A DNA stretch of 64,000 nucleotides from a virus. Location of the stretch: positions 2,700 to 66,699 of IMG/VR virus record IMGVR_UViG_3300050498_000097. One strand, 5' to 3'. Positions 27,201-35,878 of the stretch are shown in pieces. How positions within the stretch are numbered: position 1 is the stretch's first letter; each line of letters begins with the position of its first letter. A program made the translations under genes and the position numbers. The notes beneath the pieces were generated by a model. It saw nothing but the letters and a program-made list of their open reading frames with translations. It was not told where the DNA came from and ran no database searches.

Positions 27201-27528
27201 CAGCTACATTAGCCGAGTTAAGGAGGGTAATTCCCACCCCAGTGACAGTTCCAGAGTTAACTGGAATAATGAGCTGTTTAATGGGACCAGTCAAGTCCTC
27301 AAGGCCAGCAGGATAGATATTGACCATTGCAGTTTGGAACTGATTTCGAGGTGCCTGCAACTTATTGGTGTAGAACCGGGCGTCACGAACTTGGCGTGCG
27401 GTATCCAACCGGAAAGATGTACCCAGCTCAAAGGCGTTGACTGAGGGAGAAAATGGAAGGTTCTCTTCCCGGATGGGGACCCATTCCTGCCCAAGGATTC
27501 GAGGGGCATGGGGATTGTAGGAACCCAT
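24256..27528 (-). CDS. Large minor tail protein with LamG/concanavalin-like insert
   Basis: Directly after tape measure; LSLPG..GNWASTPDNAALDI.GDIDLR segment. Confidence 0.7.
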   Translation of the reverse strand: MGSYNPHAPRILGQEWVPIREENLPFSPSVNAFELGTSFRLDTARQVRDARFYTNKLQAPRNQFQTAMVNIYPAGLEDLTGPIKQLIIPVNSGTVTGVGITLLNSANVAEAVAQPSDNKGITIPMNPSGAQRMGFWFNVSSASPELANKRILNVSLLYAGYLTDGTGGISIPFVTTDPSLFPTIVEQRNDLGTDIDFVGPAYISNTGALAQLATIPGAASNQPFANQVIGVLNLGDINNFWDPALSPISTTDFSRMPWRYVDLLRFEPSFPNVNRQMIRVTFQIPLAMANARGFLDYIALRVIYCEETRIAYGGKRFAPYEYGTNIITMRDTLFQPNPILAAGNYTATLSWVNPGEVDYDDSLKTGIPQVNGLRELYQIPSHPGIEIDIPFPSAERLGETFTKVETHVLPQLTLHATGGAPLTEPHVYGRQAIAQVYGSKTATQEIHDGLAGGSASWPWVRYIARRFGDTTIPLTFTIAGQSVAITPAEFDSLNEILDGWKEITLRFVTAPTMGAGTQPQGVWSATGELAGNRWEVLGASAPAISGTPGNLLNLVPLTQRLDIATYGQPVSGASINLGWIVQGVGSPWVSGTVDDTTSDAFVIFAQDAPSVSGFSITTLSQAITGIGQECGIDPCCIPTDILYNQLHWTALADNGGLSLPGTSGNWASTPDNAALDIVGDIDLRADVTMTDWTPTGDATLVSKWFIAQASYALNIAPTGLLTMLWSTDGTATTLRSSTVAPVVANGGRLAVRATLDVDNGAAGHTVTFYTAPTINGPWTQLGDPVITAGVTSIFSGTASGEVGGIAGTTNLWAGTAHAAQIRSGINGTIVANPNFTAQLPGTTSFTDSAGRVWTVNGTASIVSGTSNVAYSAFELQRMDTVEPGWQTIMLASNMGVTGFADYEARVGILSSYRIRVVDVYDFPGPWSSTITATISSPGVSGGCLSGGHVLIFTSNEHQNGSINLAYSTAWMGESVEEDFVFPEAGFVQLQLMYNKDFVTAFRPLERGGERFNRTLLVQAAAIAPETLADFRSLRDMAWDTVNYICVRDEDGNRWFATVLVPGGRVLRDRRLYLAPVEIIETNDTPTPVDP

Positions 27529-27529
27529 A

Positions 27530-29638
27530 TCACATCGTCCTTATCTGCAGCTGGGTATTGCGCGCCGCCAGTGCGTTCACGATCCCTCGCCCGGCCGCCA
27601 TGCCCGTCGTCTGGGCCTGTGCGGTCGTAGGTACGGCTCCGTTGAAGCCCACGCTCACGCTGCCTGGTCCAAAGAAGATGCTCCCGGCCGCTTGACTGCT
27701 AGCCGCCTGGAGAGTGGGGGTCTCCATTGAGATGCCGGCTGCAACTCTTTGGATGATTTTCTGTCCCGCAAAGAGGGGATCGCCCTTTCCGGACAGGGGA
27801 CCTTCTTCAGCGGGAGAAAATGGCCAGAAGTTCCGGACCATTTGTGCGGCATCTCTTACGATATTACCCAGCGGCCCGAACATTGTCTTGATGCCCCGGA
27901 TCAAGCCGTCAAGGAGATTGCGACCCGCCTCGTATAGCATTGTTCCGGCGTTACTGACGAAGTTCTTGATTGTATTGGGAACGGTCTGAGTAAAGAAGTT
28001 TGCGATGGTGCTCCCAGCGTCCCTGAACCATTGAACAATAGCCCCAACCGCTGCAAATATTCTGCCGATCAGCCACCCGATGAAGTCCGCGATGCCCGTG
28101 ACAATGAAGTCAATGGTGTTATGGACTGCCCCTAGCACCGCAGGAACTGCCGTACCGAACACCCATTCCAGTGCGGCGCCAATAGCATGGACGACGGCAA
28201 GTATCCCATCGCGAAGAGCGTTACCAGCGTCGTCCATTGCTGGCATGAATTCAAATCGGATCCACTCAAGCGCGTATTCAAACCATCCGAATACTGCCAA
28301 GAAGAAGAACAGTATGGACGCGAACGCGAACGCGAGGGCCTCTAGTCCGTGAATCAATCCCTCTAGGGACTTCTTCCCCAGGTCACTTTCGAAGAAGAGC
28401 TTCAGCTGCTGGAAGAATACAACGAGGCCTTCGATCAGGCGGTCGCCACCGGCCTGCTTGAACGCTTGCCAGAATTCTTTCAAAAAGTCAACGGCCTCTT
28501 CAAGGGCCTTGTTGAAACTCTTCATTGTTTCCCAGGCGTCCTCTAGAAACTCCTTGAATTCTGGGTCTTTGTCCAGACCAGATAGCCAGTTTCCAATCTT
28601 TGTGATCATGTCATTGAACGATTCACCGAATCGCTCAAAGAACGGCATGACGGTATGGCCAAGGTCAGACAATCCCGTCAAGAATGTTGTCAGTGATGGG
28701 CCAAAGTCATTGATCCAGCGCACGGTTGCTGGAATGAGTTCGTTGAGGAACCGTGTGAATGACGGAGAGTCGAGGAAGGCGACAATCGATTTAGCAAACT
28801 GACCTAGAGCAAAGGCCACTTCCCCAATTTTGCCGGCCAATCCGCCTTTGGTAAGCATCGAGATCAAGGACGCAACGGCACCCTCAAAGCCTGCGAAGAA
28901 TCCTCCTTGAGCCCTGTCCGAGAACAGTTTGAAAATCTCCCTCAGGGGCAGTAAGGACTTGACGAATTCCTGGGCCTCTGGTGTCAGGCCCTTAATTGCC
29001 TCTTGAAGCTCCTTGGCGTTCTTGGCGGCGAACGCTCCCTGTATGGCGCTTCCCACGCCCTTAAAGGCAAGGAAGAGGACGCCAGCCTGCAGAATGATCG
29101 CACCGATAGCGCTTGGGATCAGGTACAGAACGGAGACCAGGGCACCAGCCTCCATGACCAGGGCACCAATGAGATAGCCGATAGCACCAAGGACGGGGAT
29201 AAGGAGAGCAATCAACGGCGAACGGCCGGAGACGTTGAACCCGGCCCCAATGGCTGAGGCTATGGTCCCGCCAACAGCACTGAGGATGCTCTTGCCGGCT
29301 CCGCTCGTAACCTCTCTCTCAAGGCCATCGGCTATCGTGTGTACCCAGCGCCTGGTGGTATTTCCATCGATATCGATGTCAAAGTCTCGGGAGAATTTCA
29401 TCTTGAGGCCGGAGAGACCTCGCTGTATGGCCGTGATGAACGACGGTCCCCGCTTTTTAAGTGAGTCGTCTATCCCCTCACCTATTTTGTCTCCCATTTC
29501 CTTGCCGGTTTGCTTGAGTTCCCTGTCATTGCTGCGGGCAAGCCGGTCAAGCGCATCCTTGACTTCTTTGGGAACGCCGCTGCTGTCGACTCTCAGCTCG
29601 GCAACAAGCTCAGCATCAGGACGAATGGCCCCAGTCAC
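27530..29638 (-). CDS. Tape measure protein
   Basis: Helical A/G/L-rich sequence with periodic F/W, C-terminal PFSPAEEGPLSG; follows the chaperone genes. Confidence 0.85.
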   Translation of the reverse strand: MTGAIRPDAELVAELRVDSSGVPKEVKDALDRLARSNDRELKQTGKEMGDKIGEGIDDSLKKRGPSFITAIQRGLSGLKMKFSRDFDIDIDGNTTRRWVHTIADGLEREVTSGAGKSILSAVGGTIASAIGAGFNVSGRSPLIALLIPVLGAIGYLIGALVMEAGALVSVLYLIPSAIGAIILQAGVLFLAFKGVGSAIQGAFAAKNAKELQEAIKGLTPEAQEFVKSLLPLREIFKLFSDRAQGGFFAGFEGAVASLISMLTKGGLAGKIGEVAFALGQFAKSIVAFLDSPSFTRFLNELIPATVRWINDFGPSLTTFLTGLSDLGHTVMPFFERFGESFNDMITKIGNWLSGLDKDPEFKEFLEDAWETMKSFNKALEEAVDFLKEFWQAFKQAGGDRLIEGLVVFFQQLKLFFESDLGKKSLEGLIHGLEALAFAFASILFFFLAVFGWFEYALEWIRFEFMPAMDDAGNALRDGILAVVHAIGAALEWVFGTAVPAVLGAVHNTIDFIVTGIADFIGWLIGRIFAAVGAIVQWFRDAGSTIANFFTQTVPNTIKNFVSNAGTMLYEAGRNLLDGLIRGIKTMFGPLGNIVRDAAQMVRNFWPFSPAEEGPLSGKGDPLFAGQKIIQRVAAGISMETPTLQAASSQAAGSIFFGPGSVSVGFNGAVPTTAQAQTTGMAAGRGIVNALAARNTQLQIRTM

Positions 29639-29712
29639 AGCAACACCACCCCTCAGAACTCAAGTGATGAAGTGGGTTAGTTAGGACTAGGCGCCACTGG
29701 CAAGCAGTATAG

Positions 29713-30312
29713 CTAACCTCTTGCCACCATGGAAAGGAATGCGTCCTTCGACATTTCCATCTCCTGTGGCTTGTCTTGTACGCCGGCCGGCACCGCTTCC
29801 AGCTTCATGACGAACATGGTGGTGTCCTTGGGGTCCATGGACTGCAGTGTCACTATGAGCAATGCATCCAGCCACAGGGCCAACGAGATTCGGCTGGCGT
29901 CTATCTGCTTCAGGGCCAATTCGGCGCCCAGAATGCTCCATGAATCTATTGCAACAGAGATCTGTCGAAGCGCCACCCACCAGGGACGCGCAGAGACCAT
30001 GGATACCAGCTCCAAGCAAGCCTCATAGAGCTTGTCCGGATCCAGCTCCAGCTCATAGAGAAGATCTTCGGCGCCTGGTAGCAGGTCGTTGATCAGGCCG
30101 TCTAGGTCCGGGACCGGCTGCATGAGATAAACGAGCCAGTCAGCAGCGGACAGGGCCGGTATTTCGAACTCTTTCCCGGCGAAGGTGACTGTCACCGGCC
30201 AGGGCTGTAGGGACCAGATTGGGTCCTTGTTCAGTTTCGGTACGACGACCTGCGTGTTTTCTGCAGACGACAGCGGGGAGCGGTTAAGAGCGCTTGGTCG
30301 GCGGCCTGCCAC
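29713..30312 (-). CDS. Tail assembly chaperone-like protein (pre-TMP)
   Basis: Position directly upstream of tape measure. Confidence 0.55.
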   Translation of the reverse strand: MAGRRPSALNRSPLSSAENTQVVVPKLNKDPIWSLQPWPVTVTFAGKEFEIPALSAADWLVYLMQPVPDLDGLINDLLPGAEDLLYELELDPDKLYEACLELVSMVSARPWWVALRQISVAIDSWSILGAELALKQIDASRISLALWLDALLIVTLQSMDPKDTTMFVMKLEAVPAGVQDKPQEMEMSKDAFLSMVARG

Positions 30313-30634
30313 GGCGCACCTTAGGCTTCTCGTCTTCGTCGTCGTCCTTGAATACGGAGATGAAGCTCATGAGTTCTCTAAGGTCCAGGTCTCCGGTGAT
30401 AATCAACTCTTCCAGGAACTCCCTATCCTCAGGCTGCACTACGGCCGATTCCAGGATCCGGAACATCCGGTCCACGCCATCGACCTTGCGGTCAGTGGGA
30501 ACGTCGTCCCGCTGTAACATCTTGGCCTCGCGCGCCATGAGCATCATCTGGGCGTCGATCAGTTGCCGGATGACAATATTGCGATCTCGAACTTGGACTA
30601 TGCGCGTTTCGCGCCCTGGGTCAGGTGCTGTCAT
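30284..30634 (-). CDS. Tail assembly chaperone
   Basis: Position; acidic/helical, about 116 aa. Confidence 0.55.
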   Translation of the reverse strand: MTAPDPGRETRIVQVRDRNIVIRQLIDAQMMLMAREAKMLQRDDVPTDRKVDGVDRMFRILESAVVQPEDREFLEELIITGDLDLRELMSFISVFKDDDEDEKPKVRRGRPPTKRS

Positions 30635-30648
30635 GTGGTGATCCTAAC

Positions 30649-31152
30649 TCACAAGTCATAGATGATGAGTCGCATGCGATATTTGACTGCAATGGTTCCC
30701 GCAGATCTGATCAAGAAGCGCTTAGGCTTTTGGCCAGGATGGGACACGGGAACGGTCCCTGGCGCCATGGGCACTTGAGGTGTGAAAACAGTACGGCCCG
30801 CCTTGCGCCAGAAGAACTTCAGTTGCGGTGCGTCCTTGTATCCGGGTTGACCATAGAACCTATATACATGGGGCGCCCCCATTGGGAAGATGTCATGACG
30901 CCTGGCTCCACGTTCTACGGACTCGGCATAAGGCAGTCGTGATCCTACCCATGCCGTTACCGTCCAGCCAGATGTAATTGGGCCCCTAGCATGGATACTT
31001 TTAGCCAATCGACCCGTACTGTACGGTCCGATTGAGGCAAGGATCCTGGCCTCGCGCTCCATTTCGTTGGAAATTTTGCGCAGTTTCCGGGTCGAGATCC
31101 TGGTGGACGTGACTTGGATCTGGCTACGATGGACTCTTGTGACAAATGGCAT
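30649..31152 (-). CDS. HK97 gp10-like neck/tail-completion protein
   Basis: TGRLAKSI...VG....YA..VE.G...H.I pattern, H PG.KP..FL. Confidence 0.65.
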   Translation of the reverse strand: MPFVTRVHRSQIQVTSTRISTRKLRKISNEMEREARILASIGPYSTGRLAKSIHARGPITSGWTVTAWVGSRLPYAESVERGARRHDIFPMGAPHVYRFYGQPGYKDAPQLKFFWRKAGRTVFTPQVPMAPGTVPVSHPGQKPKRFLIRSAGTIAVKYRMRLIIYDL

Positions 31153-32552
31153 TAACAGTCACAATTCGGGAACTGGGCAATCAAGGTCATTGAACGTTCA
31201 ACACAGCCGCCCTGGGGTGTGCTCTGGTTCTGGCGCTCGATGACCACGGACATGCCCAAGAACCTTTCATCGTTGAGAGTGATGAAGTCTCGGAAGCAGC
31301 AGGCGACCCGTCGTAGCGTCTGAGCGTCGATGACGTTCTGCAGAGCTGCCGCATTCCAGTCGGTGCAGTTCGGAGGGTTGTACGCATCTCCAACGGTCGG
31401 CAGGCATCTGATGATACCTACTTTGAAGACCTGGGCCCAGGTTGGGGGTGGGCACTTGGCGTCCGCTTGGCGAACAAAGTCCTGTTCCGGGAACGAACTA
31501 CCTGAGGGGTATGTATCGCCCAGGGCCACGTAAGCAATTCCCTCGCAGCATTGGTCCTCATTGATGCCAGCGTCATGGGCTATCTCCGTACCAACGCGGA
31601 AGCAGCAGATGCCTGGGGGATTGGCTGCCTGGGCCGACTGCTCGCACATGCAGGCCAGTAGCTCAAGCATCAACGGACCAACAAAGAAGTCCGCAGTTAA
31701 CATGGGATCTCCTCCGAATGTGGCCAGTCCTTGAGCTGAAACTCCAACAAAACAAAGGCCTGCAACTGAGATGGGTGGAATGAATGGGGGGATAGTTACA
31801 ATTCCCGATGATGATGATCCCACAACCGAGTCACCGGTTAAAGCGACCGTCTTGGCTGTACCACCATTCGCTGAAACACCAGCAGAACATGAGCCAATTG
31901 GCGAGACTACGCCAGCTGAAGTTGCTATTCCATACGTGCTGGCCCCGGCAGCTGCAACGCCGGAATCAATTGCAGTCTTAGTCGCAAATCCGGACGCCAG
32001 TCCCCCGGCAAAGCTAGTTCCCGATGCTGAGACGACACCGGAGGCGCTGGCCACCCCATTGGTCGAGGCGCCGGCAACACACACTCCTGAAGAGGCCGCG
32101 ATCTTTGCTGCGAGCCCTCGCGCCAGGGCCCCGGCGTAACTGGCCCCGGACGATAGCGCGACCTTTGTGACCGCACCCCGAGCTAGAGCCCCAGCGACAC
32201 TACGCCCGGACTCCGGGGCTATCTTCGCGGCCGTACCGCGCGCTAGGGCGCCAGCGAAGCTGAACCCAGACTGGGCAACGATCTTGATGTCCACGCCACG
32301 GGCCAGGGCGCCGGCCACCGATGTGGCGCTAGCTGAAGCTAACTTGGTGCTGGCTCCAGCTGCCAGGCCGCCAGCCACCGATCTGCCGCTGGGGACGGCC
32401 ACCTTGATACTGGTGCCATGAGCAGAGGCGCCACCAAACGAATTGCCAGACTCCGAGGAGCTTGGTACAACCTCTTGGACCAGGAGAATTCGCGATGGCC
32501 CGAGACGGTCGGGCCGCTCCCTTGACTGGCTGTAGCGAATGAGTTGGCTCAC
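31152..32552 (-). CDS. A/G/S-repeat protein fused in frame to a Cys-rich tail-terminator-like domain
   Basis: About 19-aa SG.S.AG..A.G repeats; internal GGAGGAG-N5-ATG at 31703. Confidence 0.6.
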   Translation of the reverse strand: MSQLIRYSQSRERPDRLGPSRILLVQEVVPSSSESGNSFGGASAHGTSIKVAVPSGRSVAGGLAAGASTKLASASATSVAGALARGVDIKIVAQSGFSFAGALARGTAAKIAPESGRSVAGALARGAVTKVALSSGASYAGALARGLAAKIAASSGVCVAGASTNGVASASGVVSASGTSFAGGLASGFATKTAIDSGVAAAGASTYGIATSAGVVSPIGSCSAGVSANGGTAKTVALTGDSVVGSSSSGIVTIPPFIPPISVAGLCFVGVSAQGLATFGGDPMLTADFFVGPLMLELLACMCEQSAQAANPPGICCFRVGTEIAHDAGINEDQCCEGIAYVALGDTYPSGSSFPEQDFVRQADAKCPPPTWAQVFKVGIIRCLPTVGDAYNPPNCTDWNAAALQNVIDAQTLRRVACCFRDFITLNDERFLGMSVVIERQNQSTPQGGCVERSMTLIAQFPNCDC

Positions 32553-33223
32553 TGGTGCCTGGCCACGGTCAAGTACGGCTGAGGTGGTTCAAGGATGGCA
32601 GCGACCAGAATGCCCCAGGCGAGTGGAACCCCGTTAAAGTCGTGGCTCACGTTGCCGGTTGCGCCAGCAGCGGTCCGGACCCCGTCGTAGAAGAAGCCGC
32701 CCGCATCGGCACCAGTGGCAATCGTGGTGAAGTGCCGAACGGTCCATGCTGACGGGTCTGTCGCGGTCACTGTCGCGGCGGTTGCCAAGTTGTCGGCATC
32801 CATACCAAGGCTAAACACGTACTGGTACGGCAGGGTGGTGGTGACACCTGTGGCTACGGCCGGGTCAACAGTGCCATCTAGGAAAGCTTGAGCTGCAAAC
32901 GGGCTACCCGTTTGAATTGCCCCCCGGATGCTGTGTACCTGGGCGTATTTATCTGCTGAGGTGGCGGTCCAGTCGCACAGAGGGTCGGTCACTGCCGCAG
33001 AGTCAGCTCGTCTCCAGAAGACATAGGACCGCCAGTTGGTGGTGTCCTCCGGACCAAACAGCAGGTTCCAGGTCGATGGAGTAGCGCAAGTGTTAGTAAC
33101 TACCCGGTTGGCTGTAATACAGATCAAGATGTCATTGATTAAATGAGCTGGATTCGGTGGCGTAACATCGTTGGTTGTTAGCGCCCCAGTTAGCGCTCCC
33201 GACGCCTGGTAAAACGCCGGCAC
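32549..33223 (-). CDS. Putative beta-sandwich virion protein
   Basis: T/A/G-rich; P....NDILI......TPS.W..L pattern; structural operon. Confidence 0.5.
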   Translation of the reverse strand: MPAFYQASGALTGALTTNDVTPPNPAHLINDILICITANRVVTNTCATPSTWNLLFGPEDTTNWRSYVFWRRADSAAVTDPLCDWTATSADKYAQVHSIRGAIQTGSPFAAQAFLDGTVDPAVATGVTTTLPYQYVFSLGMDADNLATAATVTATDPSAWTVRHFTTIATGADAGGFFYDGVRTAAGATGNVSHDFNGVPLAWGILVAAILEPPQPYLTVARHQ

Positions 33224-33264
33224 CGGGGATCACTCTTCCAGTCTGTGCGGACAGATTCTCATAT

Positions 33265-33702
33265 CTATTCGATCCACTCGATGTAATAATCGCAAATTTG
33301 TCCGGTACCAGTTGGTGTGATGATCCCGATTCCGTTGGCAGTTCCATCGTCACAGAGGAATCCGACGTCGCCAAAGGTCCAGATGACACCTGAACCGATA
33401 GCGGCCCCTAGCGACGCCTGACGGACCGAGGCGCCCACGGCCCCATCTGCGGTATGTCCAGCGAATCCGGTCGCAATGACGGTCTTGGTCGGGTCGTCCA
33501 AGCAGACTTCAGTAAGACCAGCACCGACACCAGTGGAGTTGGTGAATCGGCAGACTGCAACAGCAAGGGCGACTGCGGTTGTGTTAAAGACCCCGATCTC
33601 GACAATGCGAGGACGGACGGCAGCAGTAGCGAATACAGATGCCATGGCTCGGACGGAGGTGCCCGCTACGGTAGACCGACCAGCGACTGCACATCTGGCC
33701 AT
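33265..33702 (-). CDS. Putative small virion protein
   Basis: Beta-rich, inside the structural operon. Confidence 0.5.
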   Translation of the reverse strand: MARCAVAGRSTVAGTSVRAMASVFATAAVRPRIVEIGVFNTTAVALAVAVCRFTNSTGVGAGLTEVCLDDPTKTVIATGFAGHTADGAVGASVRQASLGAAIGSGVIWTFGDVGFLCDDGTANGIGIITPTGTGQICDYYIEWIE

Positions 33703-33704
33703 GG

Positions 33705-34352
33705 CTACATCCCAGTCAGGTCAAGAGTCACGTTACCGATCGCTAGGGAAATCTGGCCCTGTCCAGCGAAGACCTCAGGTACCACCTTCTGCTGGAACAG
33801 CTCGCCAACGGCAGTGATGTCCACAGCGACACCACCGGAGGTCAGGCTGACCTGGTATGTATCGGTGGTGGCGCCAACAACGAAGTAGATCGTGCCCTCA
33901 GTCAAGCCAGTGGGTAAGGATTCAGCCAGGACGTTGAACACCATCACCCGGTCGGTGTTGACAAGGCCGTGAGCTGCGCTCGTGATCGTGTTGCTGGTAA
34001 CTCCAGCCGCATCTACGCAGCCGAAGCCTTTGACTGAGCCACCGAATGGCGCATAGCCCCGGTAGTTGCCCGAGTTTCCAGATGAAGCATTGAAGAACCC
34101 GTAGTACCCATAAGTGCCAGCGGGAACGTCGAAGGTCATGGTATTGGTATTCGACTTGAGTGCTGAAGCTGCCGCGCCCCAGGTGACTGCTTGTCGGGCG
34201 TAGGCGGGTGACCCACCGGTTGCCTCAACCGCATTGGCGTTGGTGCCAGTGCCAGGATCAGACAAGCTGAAGATGGCGATGTGAGTGATCTGGGTGACGC
34301 TTTCGTCTAAGGAATCCAGCATCACATTTTTGCTAGCATCGTTAAAGGGCAT
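33705..34352 (-). CDS. Putative tail-fibre/collar-type virion protein
   Basis: KNVMLD, E.TGGSPAYARQAVTW..A......TFDVPAGT motif. Confidence 0.55.
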   Translation of the reverse strand: MPFNDASKNVMLDSLDESVTQITHIAIFSLSDPGTGTNANAVEATGGSPAYARQAVTWGAAASALKSNTNTMTFDVPAGTYGYYGFFNASSGNSGNYRGYAPFGGSVKGFGCVDAAGVTSNTITSAAHGLVNTDRVMVFNVLAESLPTGLTEGTIYFVVGATTDTYQVSLTSGGVAVDITAVGELFQQKVVPEVFAGQGQISLAIGNVTLDLTGM

Positions 34353-35040
34353 TTCCCCTCCCTAAGGCCAAGGTCGCTTCGTTCGTAGGCTTCACTCGCG
34401 GCCTACCGTCCCATGTCAGTCCTTGAGCCCTAAATCTGTAACGCCTCTCTCGTGCCTTTTCACGAGCACACGTTTTACATTCACGACTGCCATGATGTAT
34501 CCGAGTGTTTTCATCATCATACATGTGACCCCTGGGGCAATGCGTCTTGAGGGTGTGCACTGCTCCCATACCACGTGGGGGATGACCCTTGCCAGAGTGC
34601 GGTGACCGAGCGCCATTACTTTGAGCACTAACAGCCTCTAGGTGGGCTGGATTAATACATCTGCGATGGGAGCAGGTTGGGCCGCCATCACATAGTCCAG
34701 CATGTGCGTCATCATTGTGACAAATGTGGTCGATGTGAAAGTCCTCAGGTATGGGTCCGTGCCATGTCTCATAGGAAATCCGATGAGCGCCAACAGGTTT
34801 ACTATTAACCCCAACGTGGCCGTACCCTTGTCGATCCAGCTTTCCCTTATAAAGGAAGCATTCACCAACTCGTTCGTACCCATGGAATAGAAGAGCAGAG
34901 TAAGGACTACTGCCGTTTTCGCGACGCAAAGTTTTCAGGGGATCACCATGCTTCCTCCACCTAACATAGTGTTTTGGGCACCAGCCACGTTTAAGGTAGC
35001 GTCCCCTGTATTCACATGTTGCAACCGCACATGACTTCAT
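34342..35040 (-). CDS. HNH homing endonuclease with Zn-binding loops
   Basis: GYG..AHRISYE..HG.IP....IDH.C..RCINP.HL, KTHCPRGH..C.TC. Confidence 0.9.
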   Translation of the reverse strand: MKSCAVATCEYRGRYLKRGWCPKHYVRWRKHGDPLKTLRRENGSSPYSALLFHGYERVGECFLYKGKLDRQGYGHVGVNSKPVGAHRISYETWHGPIPEDFHIDHICHNDDAHAGLCDGGPTCSHRRCINPAHLEAVSAQSNGARSPHSGKGHPPRGMGAVHTLKTHCPRGHMYDDENTRIHHGSRECKTCAREKARERRYRFRAQGLTWDGRPRVKPTNEATLALGRGNAL

Positions 35041-35852
35041 GGCCAGGTAACCTGTCTTGGTTCTTGTAGATCTGGGCTATAAAATCTGGTACGTCCCTTT
35101 AATCCCTGTGGGTTATACAACATAATGAGCTGGTCTAGCTCCCAGAGGCCGGTTAACCCGTTCTTGAGAATGTCATTGATATCCACCATAGAGATGGTGA
35201 CACCCTGGCGGGATATGGACGTGACTCTTGAGGGCAGTCGGCAAGGTGCGCCCACACATGCCTTGGCGTATTCGCACGCCAGGGATGACGTGGCCTGGGC
35301 CAATGCGCCCGGTACCTCGCGTCCCCGGAGATAGGTAACCTCAAAAACATCCGGGTCACCGGGGCTCAGGTTCTGATCCGAGCACAGTGGCCAGCACGCA
35401 ACCGTATCGGTACGGACGAGCCACTGCTGATCGAGCACGAAGTAGTTGAAGCCACCAGCGCCAGAGACAGCTAATGTTGCTCCGTCAATTTGCACCGAGA
35501 CGATGGAGTGCACTGGTCCTGGCAGATATACCTGGCAAGCCGGATCACAGGTGCAACAACCGCCTGGACCACCGTTGCCACACCAGCAGTTACGCCATTC
35601 TCCCTGCCAGATATATGGCGTCCAGGTGCCCTCTCCGTCCCAGAACCAGCCACTTGGGCAGTTGGTGCACTGCCGGCCACAGGGCCGTACCGTTAAGGAA
35701 CATAGTCCAAACTGGCGACCGGTGGCGGCCCAAACAACCGTCTTTGCATAGTCAAGGGCCTGCAGCTGTAGCTCAGGAGAAACGTCATCCCAGTCTGGGC
35801 AGCACAGTTGCGTGAGGTCTGGCCAGGTGCAGGGCCCAGATTCAATTGCCAT
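35037..35852 (-). CDS. Head-to-tail adaptor
   Basis: C.WP, A...VWAATGRQFG.C..TVRPC, CRLP.RVTSISRQGVT. Confidence 0.7.
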   Translation of the reverse strand: MAIESGPCTWPDLTQLCCPDWDDVSPELQLQALDYAKTVVWAATGRQFGLCSLTVRPCGRQCTNCPSGWFWDGEGTWTPYIWQGEWRNCWCGNGGPGGCCTCDPACQVYLPGPVHSIVSVQIDGATLAVSGAGGFNYFVLDQQWLVRTDTVACWPLCSDQNLSPGDPDVFEVTYLRGREVPGALAQATSSLACEYAKACVGAPCRLPSRVTSISRQGVTISMVDINDILKNGLTGLWELDQLIMLYNPQGLKGRTRFYSPDLQEPRQVTWP

Positions 35853-35878
35853 TTAACCTGGGCCCCTTCCCAAAGTTG

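Noticed and set aside
30284-30340. Programmed -1 frameshift between the tail assembly chaperone genes
   Set aside because: The downstream ORF is in the +1 frame and no slippery heptamer lies in the overlap; the GGGAAAG seen is well past the first stop. An independent GTG start with AAGGTG upstream is adequate.
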